Shown here one piece after another: positions 48,081 through 57,441 of a stretch of DNA of 64,000 nt (its first letter is position 1; the number at the start of each line of letters is the position of its first letter). Origin of the DNA: Spirochaetota bacterium. Its GTDB lineage: Bacteria; Spirochaetota; Spirochaetia; Treponematales; UBA12059. The stretch covers positions 2,578 through 66,577 of the forward strand of contig JAPLSN010000041.1 of the NCBI GenBank assembly GCA_026398615.1, in the 5' to 3' direction. Below the pieces are notes generated by a model. It had not been told where the DNA came from and ran no database searches. It saw only the letters and a program-made list of their open reading frames with translations. The position numbers were made by a program, and so were the translations under genes.

Positions 48081-48186
48081 TTGCGGTACTATACCGGAAC
48101 GTTCGATCCGAATGCAACACGCCTCGCCCGCTTCACAGGCGGGTTTTGCGCTGGCCAAATGCCGGAGCCGCGGATATACTCTCTCC

Positions 48187-49272
48187 ATGGTAACGATGGA
48201 CATGATCAGGCGCATGCCGAAGGTGGAGTTGCACGACCACCTGGACGGGGGGCTTCGCCCTTCCACCATCATCGAGCTCGCCCGCGATCAGGGCCTGGAG
48301 CTTCCCGCCGGCGAACCCGCCGAACTGGCCGCGTGGTTCCACAGGGGCGCCAACCGCAAGAGCCTTGCGCTCTACCTCGAGGGCTTTGCGGTCAGCTGCG
48401 CGGTCATGCAGACCGCCGCCGCCATAGAGCGCGTCGCGCGGGAAACGATCGAGGACCTTGCATCGGACGGCGTCGTCTACGCCGAGATCCGCTTCGCCCC
48501 CATCCTGCTGACCGGCGGCGGGCTCAACCTCGAGAGCGTGGTGGAGGCAGTCCTCAGGGGCATGGAGGCGGGGCGGACCGCCACGGGCACCGAGTTCGGT
48601 CTCATCCTGTGCGCGATGCGGCACATGGATCCCTCCGTATCGGTGGAAACCGCGGAACTCGCGGTGGCATACCGGGACCGCGGCGTCGTGGCCTTCGATA
48701 TCGCGGGGGACGAGCACGGACACCCCCCGAAACGCCACATCGAAGCCTTCCAGTACATCCGCAACAAGAACTTCAACATAACCATCCACGCGGGCGAAGC
48801 CTTCGGTCCCGAGTCCATCTGGCAGGCGCTCCAGGTCTGTGGCGCGCACCGTATCGGACACGGCACGAGGCTCGTAGAAGACATGTCCGTCACGGGCACC
48901 AGGATAGAGAAACTCGGCAGCCTCGCATCCTACGTCAGGGACAGGCGCATCCCCCTCGAATGCTGCCTGTCGTCGAACGTCCAGACCGGAGTGGCCCAGA
49001 ATCTCGATTCCCATCCCTTCAACGCGTACTACCGGAACAATTTCCGCGTGATCCTATGTACCGACAACCGCCTCATGAGCGACACGTGCCTTTCGAAGGA
49101 GATGAAGCTGGCGGTGGACCACTTCGGCCTGACCCTGCGCGACCTGGAAAAGCTCACGGTGAACGCCATGAAAAGCGCTTTCATCGGGTTCAACGACCGG
49201 GTGAGGATCATTTACGATGTCCTCAAGCCCGGGTTCGCGAAACTGCGCGAGGAAACCAATCCGAACGATTGA
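48187..49272 (+). CDS. add: Adenosine deaminase
   Basis: KVELHDHLDG, IHAGE, RIGHG, ECCLSSN, CTDN. Confidence 0.93.
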   Translation: MVTMDMIRRMPKVELHDHLDGGLRPSTIIELARDQGLELPAGEPAELAAWFHRGANRKSLALYLEGFAVSCAVMQTAAAIERVARETIEDLASDGVVYAEIRFAPILLTGGGLNLESVVEAVLRGMEAGRTATGTEFGLILCAMRHMDPSVSVETAELAVAYRDRGVVAFDIAGDEHGHPPKRHIEAFQYIRNKNFNITIHAGEAFGPESIWQALQVCGAHRIGHGTRLVEDMSVTGTRIEKLGSLASYVRDRRIPLECCLSSNVQTGVAQNLDSHPFNAYYRNNFRVILCTDNRLMSDTCLSKEMKLAVDHFGLTLRDLEKLTVNAMKSAFIGFNDRVRIIYDVLKPGFAKLREETNPND

Positions 49273-49339
49273 CCCGGCGCCGGCAAGCTTCCGCTTTCCC
49301 CGCCGCCGTGAATGATGCGTGTCCGCCGGCTTCGATCCC

Positions 49340-50647
49340 TCAGCCCGCAGGCGTCACCGACGCTTTTGCCACGAGCACGACGGCCGGATGGATCCCTGCG
49401 CCGCCCGGGATCCGTTCGCCCGAAAAGCGCAAGGAACCGCGCACGTCCAGCATGGATCCCGTGACGGATCCCCCTGTCACCGGAATCCTCGTCGTTCCGT
49501 CGAAAAGGTATCCGAGGCGCACTTCGCCGCCGAAATCGCCTGTGGCGGCGTCCACGAAAAAGTCCGAGAAGACCACCGGCTCGAAGTGCGGGAGCGCACG
49601 CAGGGCGGATTCCGTTTCCCGCCCGCCGTCCACGGAGAATACGCGGTAGTCGCCTGAGGCGGGTATCCCGAGATAGCCGCAATACCGGCTCGGGCCGAAA
49701 AATCCCCCGACGACGCCGTCCTCTACGCATGTGAACCTGTCGATCGGGACGCCGTCGTCGTCGAAGGGCGATGAATCGGGATGTCCCCGCAACGCAGCCT
49801 CGGCATGAAGGGTTACGCGATCTCCCGTGACGGTTTCTCCCTGGGCGGATGCTCCCGGCTTGAAGGGCGTGAGCTTCTGGTAGGCGCGCTGCGCGGAGCA
49901 GTTGGCGAAGAAGTAGCCGAAGAGCGCCCCCGCGTTGTCTTCCGAAAACAGGATGGGTAGGCTCCGCGCGTCCGGGGTCGGCTCGGCGCGGGAACGGTCG
50001 CGCGCCTGGGCGAGTCTGGAGCCAACGGCGCGAGAGAGCTTCCCCGCGTCGAAATCGCCGAATTTCACGCTGCCGTACAGCTCCACCTCGCCCGAAGGAG
50101 AGGGCGCGTTCACCACGTATTCGCTGAAGCCTTTCCACGAGACCCACGATGCGTCGACCCCGCGGGAGTTGACGATCCTCGTCTCCACGCGCGAAAGGAA
50201 CAACTCGAGCGAATTGACGGTCGCCCCCCCCGCTCCGTCCTCCCGGTACAGCTCGGCGCGCACGCGCTCGACCAGTCCGGACGGGTCCCCGCCTTCGAAC
50301 GAACAGACAGGCATCGCTGCCCTTGTGGAAGCCGGGAGCGGAAGGTCGTACGGCTTGTTGGCCACGCAGGACGCGGTAAAAAGCGCACGGCCGATCGCGG
50401 CTTCGAGCTCGGAAAGATCCATGGTAGGATGGGCACGGAAAATCGAATCGCCGCGGACTGCCTGGCCGTCCCTGGTGCCGTCGGCGTACACGGTCACGCG
50501 GTATTCGGTCGTCTCGACCTCGCGGGCGCACTCTACGGCACGCCCGATGTAATACCGCTCCCAGCCGCGCCTGCGGCTTTCCACGATGCGCCAATCCGCC
50601 ATCTCCGCGTTCCGGCCGAGGGCTCGCCTGATCCTGTCCATCATCAT
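49340..50647 (-). CDS. PmbA/TldE-like metalloprotease partner
   Basis: Downstream of tldD with an ATGA overlap; PFDDDG, GDFGG, VTGGSVTG; lacks HExxH. Confidence 0.8.
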   Translation of the reverse strand: MMMDRIRRALGRNAEMADWRIVESRRRGWERYYIGRAVECAREVETTEYRVTVYADGTRDGQAVRGDSIFRAHPTMDLSELEAAIGRALFTASCVANKPYDLPLPASTRAAMPVCSFEGGDPSGLVERVRAELYREDGAGGATVNSLELFLSRVETRIVNSRGVDASWVSWKGFSEYVVNAPSPSGEVELYGSVKFGDFDAGKLSRAVGSRLAQARDRSRAEPTPDARSLPILFSEDNAGALFGYFFANCSAQRAYQKLTPFKPGASAQGETVTGDRVTLHAEAALRGHPDSSPFDDDGVPIDRFTCVEDGVVGGFFGPSRYCGYLGIPASGDYRVFSVDGGRETESALRALPHFEPVVFSDFFVDAATGDFGGEVRLGYLFDGTTRIPVTGGSVTGSMLDVRGSLRFSGERIPGGAGIHPAVVLVAKASVTPAG

Positions 50648-52062
50648 CCCAACCTCATCCTCGTCCTGACATAGGGCCCACCGGCAGAAACCTTGACGAA
50701 CTCCTTGTATCCCTTCCCGCAATACCCGGTGCCGGAAAGCTCGAAATCCCCGGATACCATCGTGATTCCCGAAAGGACGTCCGGCACGTAGCCCGAACAA
50801 ACGACGGGCGACGCGACGCGCCCGGTGAGCTTGCCGTCACGGATCTCCTTCGCGCTGTTGAAAACGAGCTGTATGCCCCAGTTCTTGGGATCCTCCATGC
50901 CGGAATCCATGTCGCAGAGCATCCAGCCGTACTTGACCGAAGCGATGATCTCGTCCGCCGTGGAAGAGCCGGGAGCGATGTAGGTATTCGTCATGCGAGC
51001 GTACGCCTTGTGCGCGAAGTCCTGCCGCCTCCCGTTCCCGGTCGGTTTCGCGCCGAGGGTCATGGCCGACAGCGAATCGGAGATGCCCGAAACGAGGATG
51101 CCCCGGTCTATGATCATGGTCTTCGTGGCCAGGGTGCCCTCGTCGTCGAACAGGAAGCTTCCGGTCTGGATCGCGCCGTCCGCCCCGTCGTACATCGTGA
51201 CGATCGGGCTGGCGACGCCCTTGCCCAGGTACTGCGAGGCCCTGGCGCGGTTCTTGACGAACATGTCGGTCTCCACGCCGTGCCCGAAGGCCTCGTGGGC
51301 AAGGAGCCCCGTGGCTTCCGGCGTCAGGACCACGTCGTATTCCCCCGGCTCGATCGGGCCCGCGTCCAGGAGCGCCCTGGCCGCGGCCACGACGCTGTCG
51401 ACGCGCATGTTCATCTCGTCGATGATCTCCGTGCCCTTGCGCCCGGAGAAAGTCTCCATGCCGAAGCGCTGGATTTCGCCGCGACGGGCCATCGCCATGA
51501 TGTACGCCTGCCCCCAGACGAACGACTGCTCGAGGTCCCGGGCCGGAGAAACGAAAACCTTCGAAACCCTCATGAACTCGGCGAGCGCGCGCGCGTAGGG
51601 GAACTCCGGGCCGGAACCCAGCACGCGATCCCTGATGGCGCAGAGCGATTCGAGCACGCCCTCCGGATCCGCGTCGAAGGGATCGCTCTCCATTTCGCCT
51701 GAAGAGGAAACCCTCGCGCTCCCGTCGGCCAGGGCGGGGTACCTGCGCGCGCCGGAATCCGCCAGGAGGGGTTCGAGCCTGGCAGCCAGTCCATCGGCGA
51801 AAATCTCCGGCGACCCGCCGGTCGGCGCGTTGAACGAGAATTCGGCTACCGCGCCGTCCCGCTGGACGCGGATCACGAACCCCCGTTCGCCCCATTCCGA
51901 GTCCTGTGCCCTGGTCTCGCCGGTAGCGGCCTGGAAGTAGAGCCCGGAGCAATCCGTGCCGAGCGCGGATGCGTAATCGAAGCGCGTCCGGAGGCGATTC
52001 ACGACGGCCTTCATGAAAGGCGCCCTCATCCGCAGGAAGGGGCTGGGAGGTACCTGGATCAT
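50644..52062 (-). CDS. tldD: TldD metalloprotease
   Basis: LLAHEAFGHGVE, FDDEG, GNGRRQ, RMTNTYI, GYCGKG. Confidence 0.9.
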   Translation of the reverse strand: MIQVPPSPFLRMRAPFMKAVVNRLRTRFDYASALGTDCSGLYFQAATGETRAQDSEWGERGFVIRVQRDGAVAEFSFNAPTGGSPEIFADGLAARLEPLLADSGARRYPALADGSARVSSSGEMESDPFDADPEGVLESLCAIRDRVLGSGPEFPYARALAEFMRVSKVFVSPARDLEQSFVWGQAYIMAMARRGEIQRFGMETFSGRKGTEIIDEMNMRVDSVVAAARALLDAGPIEPGEYDVVLTPEATGLLAHEAFGHGVETDMFVKNRARASQYLGKGVASPIVTMYDGADGAIQTGSFLFDDEGTLATKTMIIDRGILVSGISDSLSAMTLGAKPTGNGRRQDFAHKAYARMTNTYIAPGSSTADEIIASVKYGWMLCDMDSGMEDPKNWGIQLVFNSAKEIRDGKLTGRVASPVVCSGYVPDVLSGITMVSGDFELSGTGYCGKGYKEFVKVSAGGPYVRTRMRLG

Positions 52063-52187
52063 GGACTGCTCCGATTCAACGTGATGGGAGCCAGTATAAC
52101 GCCGCGCCGGCCGGAAGCGCAACGTTACCCGCATCCCGGAGGGCGTCCGGCTTGCGCAGCGGCTCCGCTTCGTGCGACTATCGCGGC

Positions 52188-53381
52188 ATGGATTCCTTCT
52201 CCTCCCTCGGCGTCCGGGACGACCTGTCGGCGGCCCTCGCGGCCTTCGGGTTCGAAGGTCCTACCGATGTCCAGTCCGCGGCCATGTCCAAGCTCTTCTC
52301 CGGCGCTGACGCCTTCGTGAGCTCCGCCACCGGCAGCGGCAAGACCTTCGCATACCTCGTCCCGATCGCTCAGGGCCTCGTCCGCGACGACCGCGCCCTC
52401 CGCGCCGTCGTCGTCTCTCCCACGCACGAACTGGCTTCCCAGATCCAGCGCGAATTCGACCGCCTGGCGGCAGCGGCAAAACTTCCTTTCGCATCGCTCC
52501 TCGCGGTCGGCTCGGTGCCGGTTCGCCGCGTCGAGGAGCGGCTCAAGCGCAAGCCTTCGATCGTCGTGGGATCCCCTGGCAGGCTCCTCGACCTCTTCAG
52601 GATCGGCATGCTGCGTCCCGACGGGCTTCGCTTCGCCGTGCTCGACGAGGCTGACCGCCTCTTCGAAAAGGAGACGGTGGAGACCACGAACGCCCTCCTC
52701 GGACTGCTCCCCGCCTCCTGCTCGCGCGTCCTCGTCTCCGCGACCATCCCCGACCGGGTCGTTTCCCGGGCATCCCCGTTCCTCCGAAATCCCGAGCGCG
52801 TCGCCATCGACAACGCGCTCGCCCTCAAGACCTCGATCCTGCATTGGGCCTTCCATCGCCATTCCCGCAAGAAGGTGGACTTTATCCGGTCCTTCGAGGC
52901 AGCGGCGAAACCGCGCCGCTGTCTCGTCTTCGCGTCGAGCAACGCGGCCCTCTTCAACATCTCCCGGAAGCTGGAACATCACGGCTTCCCGGTGGCTTCG
53001 CTCGGCGCCCAGGCCGACCGGAAGGAGCGCAAGGGCGCGCTCGACCGTTTTCGCTCAGGCGACATCCGCTACCTCGTCACGAGTGACCTCGGCGCCCGCG
53101 GGATCGACGTTCCCGACGTCGACTATGTCCTCAACATGGACCTCCCGGACGAGCCTCTTGTCTACATCCACCGCGCCGGCCGCACCGGGCGGGCGGGCGC
53201 TTCGGGCATCTCGGTCATCGTCGCCGACCTCGTCGAGCTCAAGCGGGCATCGCGGATCGCCATGCGCTACGGCTTCGTCTTCAAGTGCAAGACGCTTGAA
53301 AACGGCGAGGTCATCGAAATGGATCCGCCAACCTTCTTCGAGCGTGCCGAACGCGACGAGTCCCCCCGCGTTCGGGAATGA
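52188..53381 (+). CDS. DEAD-box RNA helicase
   Basis: Q motif PTDVQ, ATGSGKT, PTHELASQ, PGRLLD, DEAD, SAT, ARGID, HRAGRTGR. Confidence 0.95.
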   Translation: MDSFSSLGVRDDLSAALAAFGFEGPTDVQSAAMSKLFSGADAFVSSATGSGKTFAYLVPIAQGLVRDDRALRAVVVSPTHELASQIQREFDRLAAAAKLPFASLLAVGSVPVRRVEERLKRKPSIVVGSPGRLLDLFRIGMLRPDGLRFAVLDEADRLFEKETVETTNALLGLLPASCSRVLVSATIPDRVVSRASPFLRNPERVAIDNALALKTSILHWAFHRHSRKKVDFIRSFEAAAKPRRCLVFASSNAALFNISRKLEHHGFPVASLGAQADRKERKGALDRFRSGDIRYLVTSDLGARGIDVPDVDYVLNMDLPDEPLVYIHRAGRTGRAGASGISVIVADLVELKRASRIAMRYGFVFKCKTLENGEVIEMDPPTFFERAERDESPRVRE

Positions 53382-55858
53382 CACTGGCAGAAGCCCTGGA
53401 TTCGGGGGCGCTCTCGGCTTCGCGGCTCAGGATCCCGGCGTCGCTCGACACCTTCGGCAATCCCCCCGATTTCGACCTCGCCCAGGCCCGCGTCCTGATC
53501 GTGCGGCTCTCGACGAGCCAGGACGTCGAGCGCTCGACTCCCCACCTCTTCCTCTTCGGCGAATGCAGGCGCGCACTGCCCGGCGGATTCCTGGATTTCG
53601 CCTTCCTGCCCACGCGCAGGGACAGGGCAACCCTGGATGCCGGAAGCCTGCCGTGGTTTTTCGGCATGGCATCCGGTCGGAGCGCGGCGGATTTCGATCT
53701 CGTACTCGTATCCAATTCCTATTCGCTCGAGCTTTTCAACCTGCCCTACCTCTTCACGAAAACCGGCCTCCCGCTGCGGGCATCCGCGCGCAGGGCGGCG
53801 GGCATCGACGCGCCCCTTTTCGTGATGGGAGGATCCAACGCGTCGGCGCTCGGACCGATCGTCGATGAAAACGGCGATTCCTTCGTCGACGGGATATTCT
53901 TCGGCGAGGCTGAAGGCTACGCGGGAACGGGAACAGGAGACGTCGACGCCGAGCCCGCGGTTCCGAGGATCGTCCGCGCGCTGCTCCCTGACGGCGCCAC
54001 GCCCGCGTCCGCGAGGCTCGAGCGCGCCGCCTTCATCGGGGGCTTCTTCTCGTCGCCCGCAACGGTCAGGAGCGGGAAGCGCGTCCGCGTCCGCATCGTG
54101 GGCGATTCTCCCCTTGCACCCGGAGAGCGCCCCGTCCTCAATACAGGCGAAGCGTCGACGGTGCGCGTCCAGATCAGCCACGGCTGCCCGTCCTTCTGCT
54201 CGTTCTGTTTCGAAGGCTGGGACCGCAAACCCTACCGGGAAATCGGTTTCGACGAGATACTCCGGCGCGCGTCGCGCGAACGCGTCGCCCACGGCGCGGA
54301 TTCCTTCGAGGCGTACAGCTTCAACTTCAACGCGTACTCGGAATTTCCCCGGCTCGCGATCGGCCTCAACAGGATCTTTCCGAGGGTCGATTTCATGAGC
54401 CAGCGCACCGACATCCTGGCGGACGATCCCGGCCTCGCCGCGTTCGAGACGGCCGCGGGCAAGCGTTCATTCACGATCGGCATCGAGGGCGTGTCCGGCC
54501 GCATGCGCGCGTATTTCCGCAAGAGCCTGCCTACCGCGAGCATCATGCGCGCCCTCGAACTGGTCCTCGAGCAGAAGCCTCGGGAGCTCAAGCTGTTCTT
54601 CATCCTGGCGGGATTCGAGAACGACGGGGATCTCGCGGAATTTTCTGCGTTCGCGAAAGACTTCAAGCAGCTCCGCACTTCCTCCGGATCGGGAGCGAGG
54701 ACGGTGTTCTCGTTCGGGCGCCTCGTCAGGCTGCCGTTCACGCCGTTGGCGCTGGATGCTGCCGTCCTTGACGGACATGGATGGCGCCGGCTTGTCGGAC
54801 CGTACAAGAGGGCCGTGGAAACCAACGGGTTCGAATGGCGCCTGGCGCAAGCCCATGACGAATTCCTCGTGGACCAGGCGCTTGCCTCGGGCGACGGGCG
54901 CCTCGTGAACGCGTTGGCTGAGGCCGCATCGGGCGGCCTGCTCTACGACGGGACGCTGTCCCGCGGCGCACGGAAAATCCTGTCCAGATCCGAAGGCTCG
55001 CGCGCGTCCGCCCCGCTCCCGTTCCTGGACGGCGCTGTTCGCCCGGACACCCTGCGGCGCTTCCACGACGATGCCATGAACTTCGTCGACCCCGGAACCT
55101 GCCTGGGCGCCGAGTGCCTGGCCTGCGGTGCCTGTTCGCCGGAGCAGCGGACGGCGCTCGAGCGGCACCGCATTTCGCGGGCATCGCGTGGGGAAACCGT
55201 TTCCCTGACCGGGCTGATCGCCGCCAAGGCCCGGGCCGCGCGGATCCGGTTCATCGTCGACCTTCCCGATTCGCTGTATGGGGCGACCGGGGCCTTCCTG
55301 TCGTCATGGTTCCTCACGAATTGCTTCAGGGCCGATCCGGGTTCGGAGAGATTCATCCTCTCGTCGAGGGAAGTGCTTTTCTCCAATTCCGGCTTTTTTT
55401 CGAAGGCGCTCCCGGCCTTTTTCGGAACCACGATCTTCGAGATCGCCTGCATGGACGCGACGAAAGCGGCCGCCACCGTCATGAAAGCGTTCCCCTCCGG
55501 CACGCCCGCCGGGGACGGGACATGGCTCCCCGGACGCGTGGAACTGAGTCTTGAAACACTCAAAGCATCCGTTGCGACGCCCGCGCTGCGGACGTTCCTG
55601 TCACGGAGTGGCATCGGCGCCGTCGAGACTTCCGGCGCGACGGGACGGACGTGGACAGTGACGAAAAACGGCGAACGGCGCGGAGGATACTCGAGACTGG
55701 AAGTACGTTCGGGGGAATGCACGGGCGCCGTCCTGCTGTCCTGCGGCCGCAAGGCCGATGTCGGCGGCCTTTTCGACGTACTCGGCGTCACCACGTCGCC
55801 GATGGCGTTCAGGCTCGGTGTCGCGTTCCCCCATCCGTGCTTCCCGCCTTCCCGGTGA
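53378..55858 (+). CDS. B12-binding-type radical SAM protein (TIGR03960-like) with a long C-terminal extension
   Basis: GCPSFCSFC; N-terminal 'ADFDLVLVSNSYSLE..NL' and 'PLFVMGG'; Cys cluster CLGAECLACGAC. Confidence 0.8.
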   Translation: MTLAEALDSGALSASRLRIPASLDTFGNPPDFDLAQARVLIVRLSTSQDVERSTPHLFLFGECRRALPGGFLDFAFLPTRRDRATLDAGSLPWFFGMASGRSAADFDLVLVSNSYSLELFNLPYLFTKTGLPLRASARRAAGIDAPLFVMGGSNASALGPIVDENGDSFVDGIFFGEAEGYAGTGTGDVDAEPAVPRIVRALLPDGATPASARLERAAFIGGFFSSPATVRSGKRVRVRIVGDSPLAPGERPVLNTGEASTVRVQISHGCPSFCSFCFEGWDRKPYREIGFDEILRRASRERVAHGADSFEAYSFNFNAYSEFPRLAIGLNRIFPRVDFMSQRTDILADDPGLAAFETAAGKRSFTIGIEGVSGRMRAYFRKSLPTASIMRALELVLEQKPRELKLFFILAGFENDGDLAEFSAFAKDFKQLRTSSGSGARTVFSFGRLVRLPFTPLALDAAVLDGHGWRRLVGPYKRAVETNGFEWRLAQAHDEFLVDQALASGDGRLVNALAEAASGGLLYDGTLSRGARKILSRSEGSRASAPLPFLDGAVRPDTLRRFHDDAMNFVDPGTCLGAECLACGACSPEQRTALERHRISRASRGETVSLTGLIAAKARAARIRFIVDLPDSLYGATGAFLSSWFLTNCFRADPGSERFILSSREVLFSNSGFFSKALPAFFGTTIFEIACMDATKAAATVMKAFPSGTPAGDGTWLPGRVELSLETLKASVATPALRTFLSRSGIGAVETSGATGRTWTVTKNGERRGGYSRLEVRSGECTGAVLLSCGRKADVGGLFDVLGVTTSPMAFRLGVAFPHPCFPPSR

Positions 55859-56108
55859 TCGTCCCGTAGATGCGGGAGATCTCCGCCACGTTGCCCGATC
55901 CCTCGACGATCTTCCTTGTCGCGTGCATGATGGCGGAATCCAAGGTTCCGGCATCGCCTTGTACGATTCCGACCGCGATCTCCCGGAAAATTCCGTGCGG
56001 GATCGGGAGAAAGGCGCGCTTGGATCCCGGGTACGGGATGAGGCCCTTGGTGGCGCAATCGGGGACATCCCGCCCTTCGTCGCCCCGAACGCCGCCGTCC
56101 TCATCCAC
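55809..56108 (-). CDS. Possible small hypothetical protein downstream of queD
   Basis: GTG-start 99-aa ORF with GC3-rich codons filling the gap; overlaps the radical SAM stop by 50 nt; no RBS. Confidence 0.3.
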   Translation of the reverse strand: MDEDGGVRGDEGRDVPDCATKGLIPYPGSKRAFLPIPHGIFREIAVGIVQGDAGTLDSAIMHATRKIVEGSGNVAEISRIYGTITGKAGSTDGGTRHRA

Positions 56109-56157
56109 GGGAAAGCCTGTCGGAAAATCGCGAAGCGACGGGATACATGGCTTTCGG

Positions 56158-56520
56158 TCATTCCGCAGCGTAACGCGCCATGCAGGTATCGGTTTCGAAC
56201 ACCTCGACGGCGGAAAGCGGGACGGTTCCGAGGATTTTCTTCATTTCGAGATATATGAATTCCGCGATACGCTCGGCGCTCGGGGAGTTGGCGAAACGCG
56301 GTTCGTCGTTGAGGAGGGTATGATCGAGGCGTTCCATGACGTCCCGGAGCGCGGACTTCAGGATGCCGAAATCCGCAAGCATGCCGCTTGCGTCGAGCGA
56401 AGCGCCCCTGGCCTCGGCCCTGACCCGGTAATTGTGGCCATGCAGGTTTTCGCATTTCCCCCGGTATTCCGCGAGAAAATGCGCCGCAGCGAAGCTGGCT
56501 TCCACCCTGACCGTGTACAT
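56158..56520 (-). CDS. queD: 6-carboxytetrahydropterin synthase (COG0720)
   Basis: FAAAHFL, CENLHGHNY, LDHTLLN, SAERIA, V.ET. Confidence 0.93.
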   Translation of the reverse strand: MYTVRVEASFAAAHFLAEYRGKCENLHGHNYRVRAEARGASLDASGMLADFGILKSALRDVMERLDHTLLNDEPRFANSPSAERIAEFIYLEMKKILGTVPLSAVEVFETDTCMARYAAE

Positions 56521-56772
56521 GGCCCCATCCTTCACTCGGCCGTTGCGCGGCCGAGTCGGCGGATTGTAACCGAGAGGACGCGATGGCCGCAAGCAGGAGG
56601 GGATCAGGATTCCGCCGACGTCGTGGAAATTCCCCGGTTCCGCGGGCATGGATCGGAAAAGGTTGGTTGTTTTCCGCGGGAACGGGGGTATAATCATTCT
56701 TGACAGCAGTGCGGCATTGGCTCATGAGCGTCGACGCCGCGGCTTCATCATCCGGAGAATGAGGAGGTTCGC

Positions 56773-57318
56773 ATGAACCGTAGAATCAGATTGCTCGTCA
56801 TATTCATCGCGCTGGCCGCAACTTTTGCCGCGGGATCTGCCGCGGCCCAGGTCAGACTGGATCTCGGCGTCGATATACCCCGAGGATTCGGCGCCTTGTC
56901 GGGCGGAGATATCTTCACGCCCGACGCGGTCGATTTTCTCGACCAGACTATTCTGCCCTTCCCCGAAGCGGGGATCTACTACCAGTGGGATCTCGGAGTC
57001 CTGAAAGTCGGCGCGGGCCTGCGCTGCTTCACCTTCATCGCCGAGAGCATATTCTGGCCCAACCTCATCGCGGAAGCCCATCTCGGTAATTTCGTCGTCG
57101 AAGGGCAGATGGGCGGAGGTTATTTCGGCGTATTCGGCCTCGCGAGTTCCTCGGCCTCGGGCAACGTATTTATCCCCGAGCTCTCCGCCTGGTACAAGAT
57201 CGGGGAATCCTTCAGACTCGGCGGCGGCGCCATCGGATTGTTCCTGCCTGACCTGACATCGGACACCATTCCCTTCATTTACTACCTCGGCGCCAAGTTC
57301 AGCATCACCTTCAAGTAA
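56773..57318 (+). CDS. Small putative outer-membrane beta-barrel protein
   Basis: GAGGAGG RBS, signal peptide, Gly/aromatic-rich amphipathic strands, ends FSITFK. Confidence 0.7.
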   Translation: MNRRIRLLVIFIALAATFAAGSAAAQVRLDLGVDIPRGFGALSGGDIFTPDAVDFLDQTILPFPEAGIYYQWDLGVLKVGAGLRCFTFIAESIFWPNLIAEAHLGNFVVEGQMGGGYFGVFGLASSSASGNVFIPELSAWYKIGESFRLGGGAIGLFLPDLTSDTIPFIYYLGAKFSITFK

Positions 57319-57336
57319 GCACGACCTTTTGCGAGC

Positions 57337-57367
57337 GGCCGTCCGCCATTGCGCGGACGGCCTTTTC
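57337..57367 (+). terminator. Intrinsic terminator
   Basis: GGCCGTCCGC-CATTGC-GCGGACGGCC followed by TTTT. Confidence 0.85.
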
Positions 57368-57441
57368 CTTCGTCGACCATCCCGCCACCCGACCTTTCGG
57401 TCCCGCTTGCGTAAGGGATTTCCCCTCGATACGATATCTGC

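Noticed and set aside
49340-52062. tldD/pmbA plus radical SAM as a RiPP biosynthetic cluster
   Set aside because: No precursor peptide, YcaO or RRE-type gene is adjacent. TldD/E pairs are widespread housekeeping proteases, and the radical SAM gene is divergently transcribed behind a helicase.
56521-56700. preQ1 riboswitch upstream of queD
   Set aside because: No preQ1-I stem with an A-rich tail; the leader is short and has only a simple hairpin.
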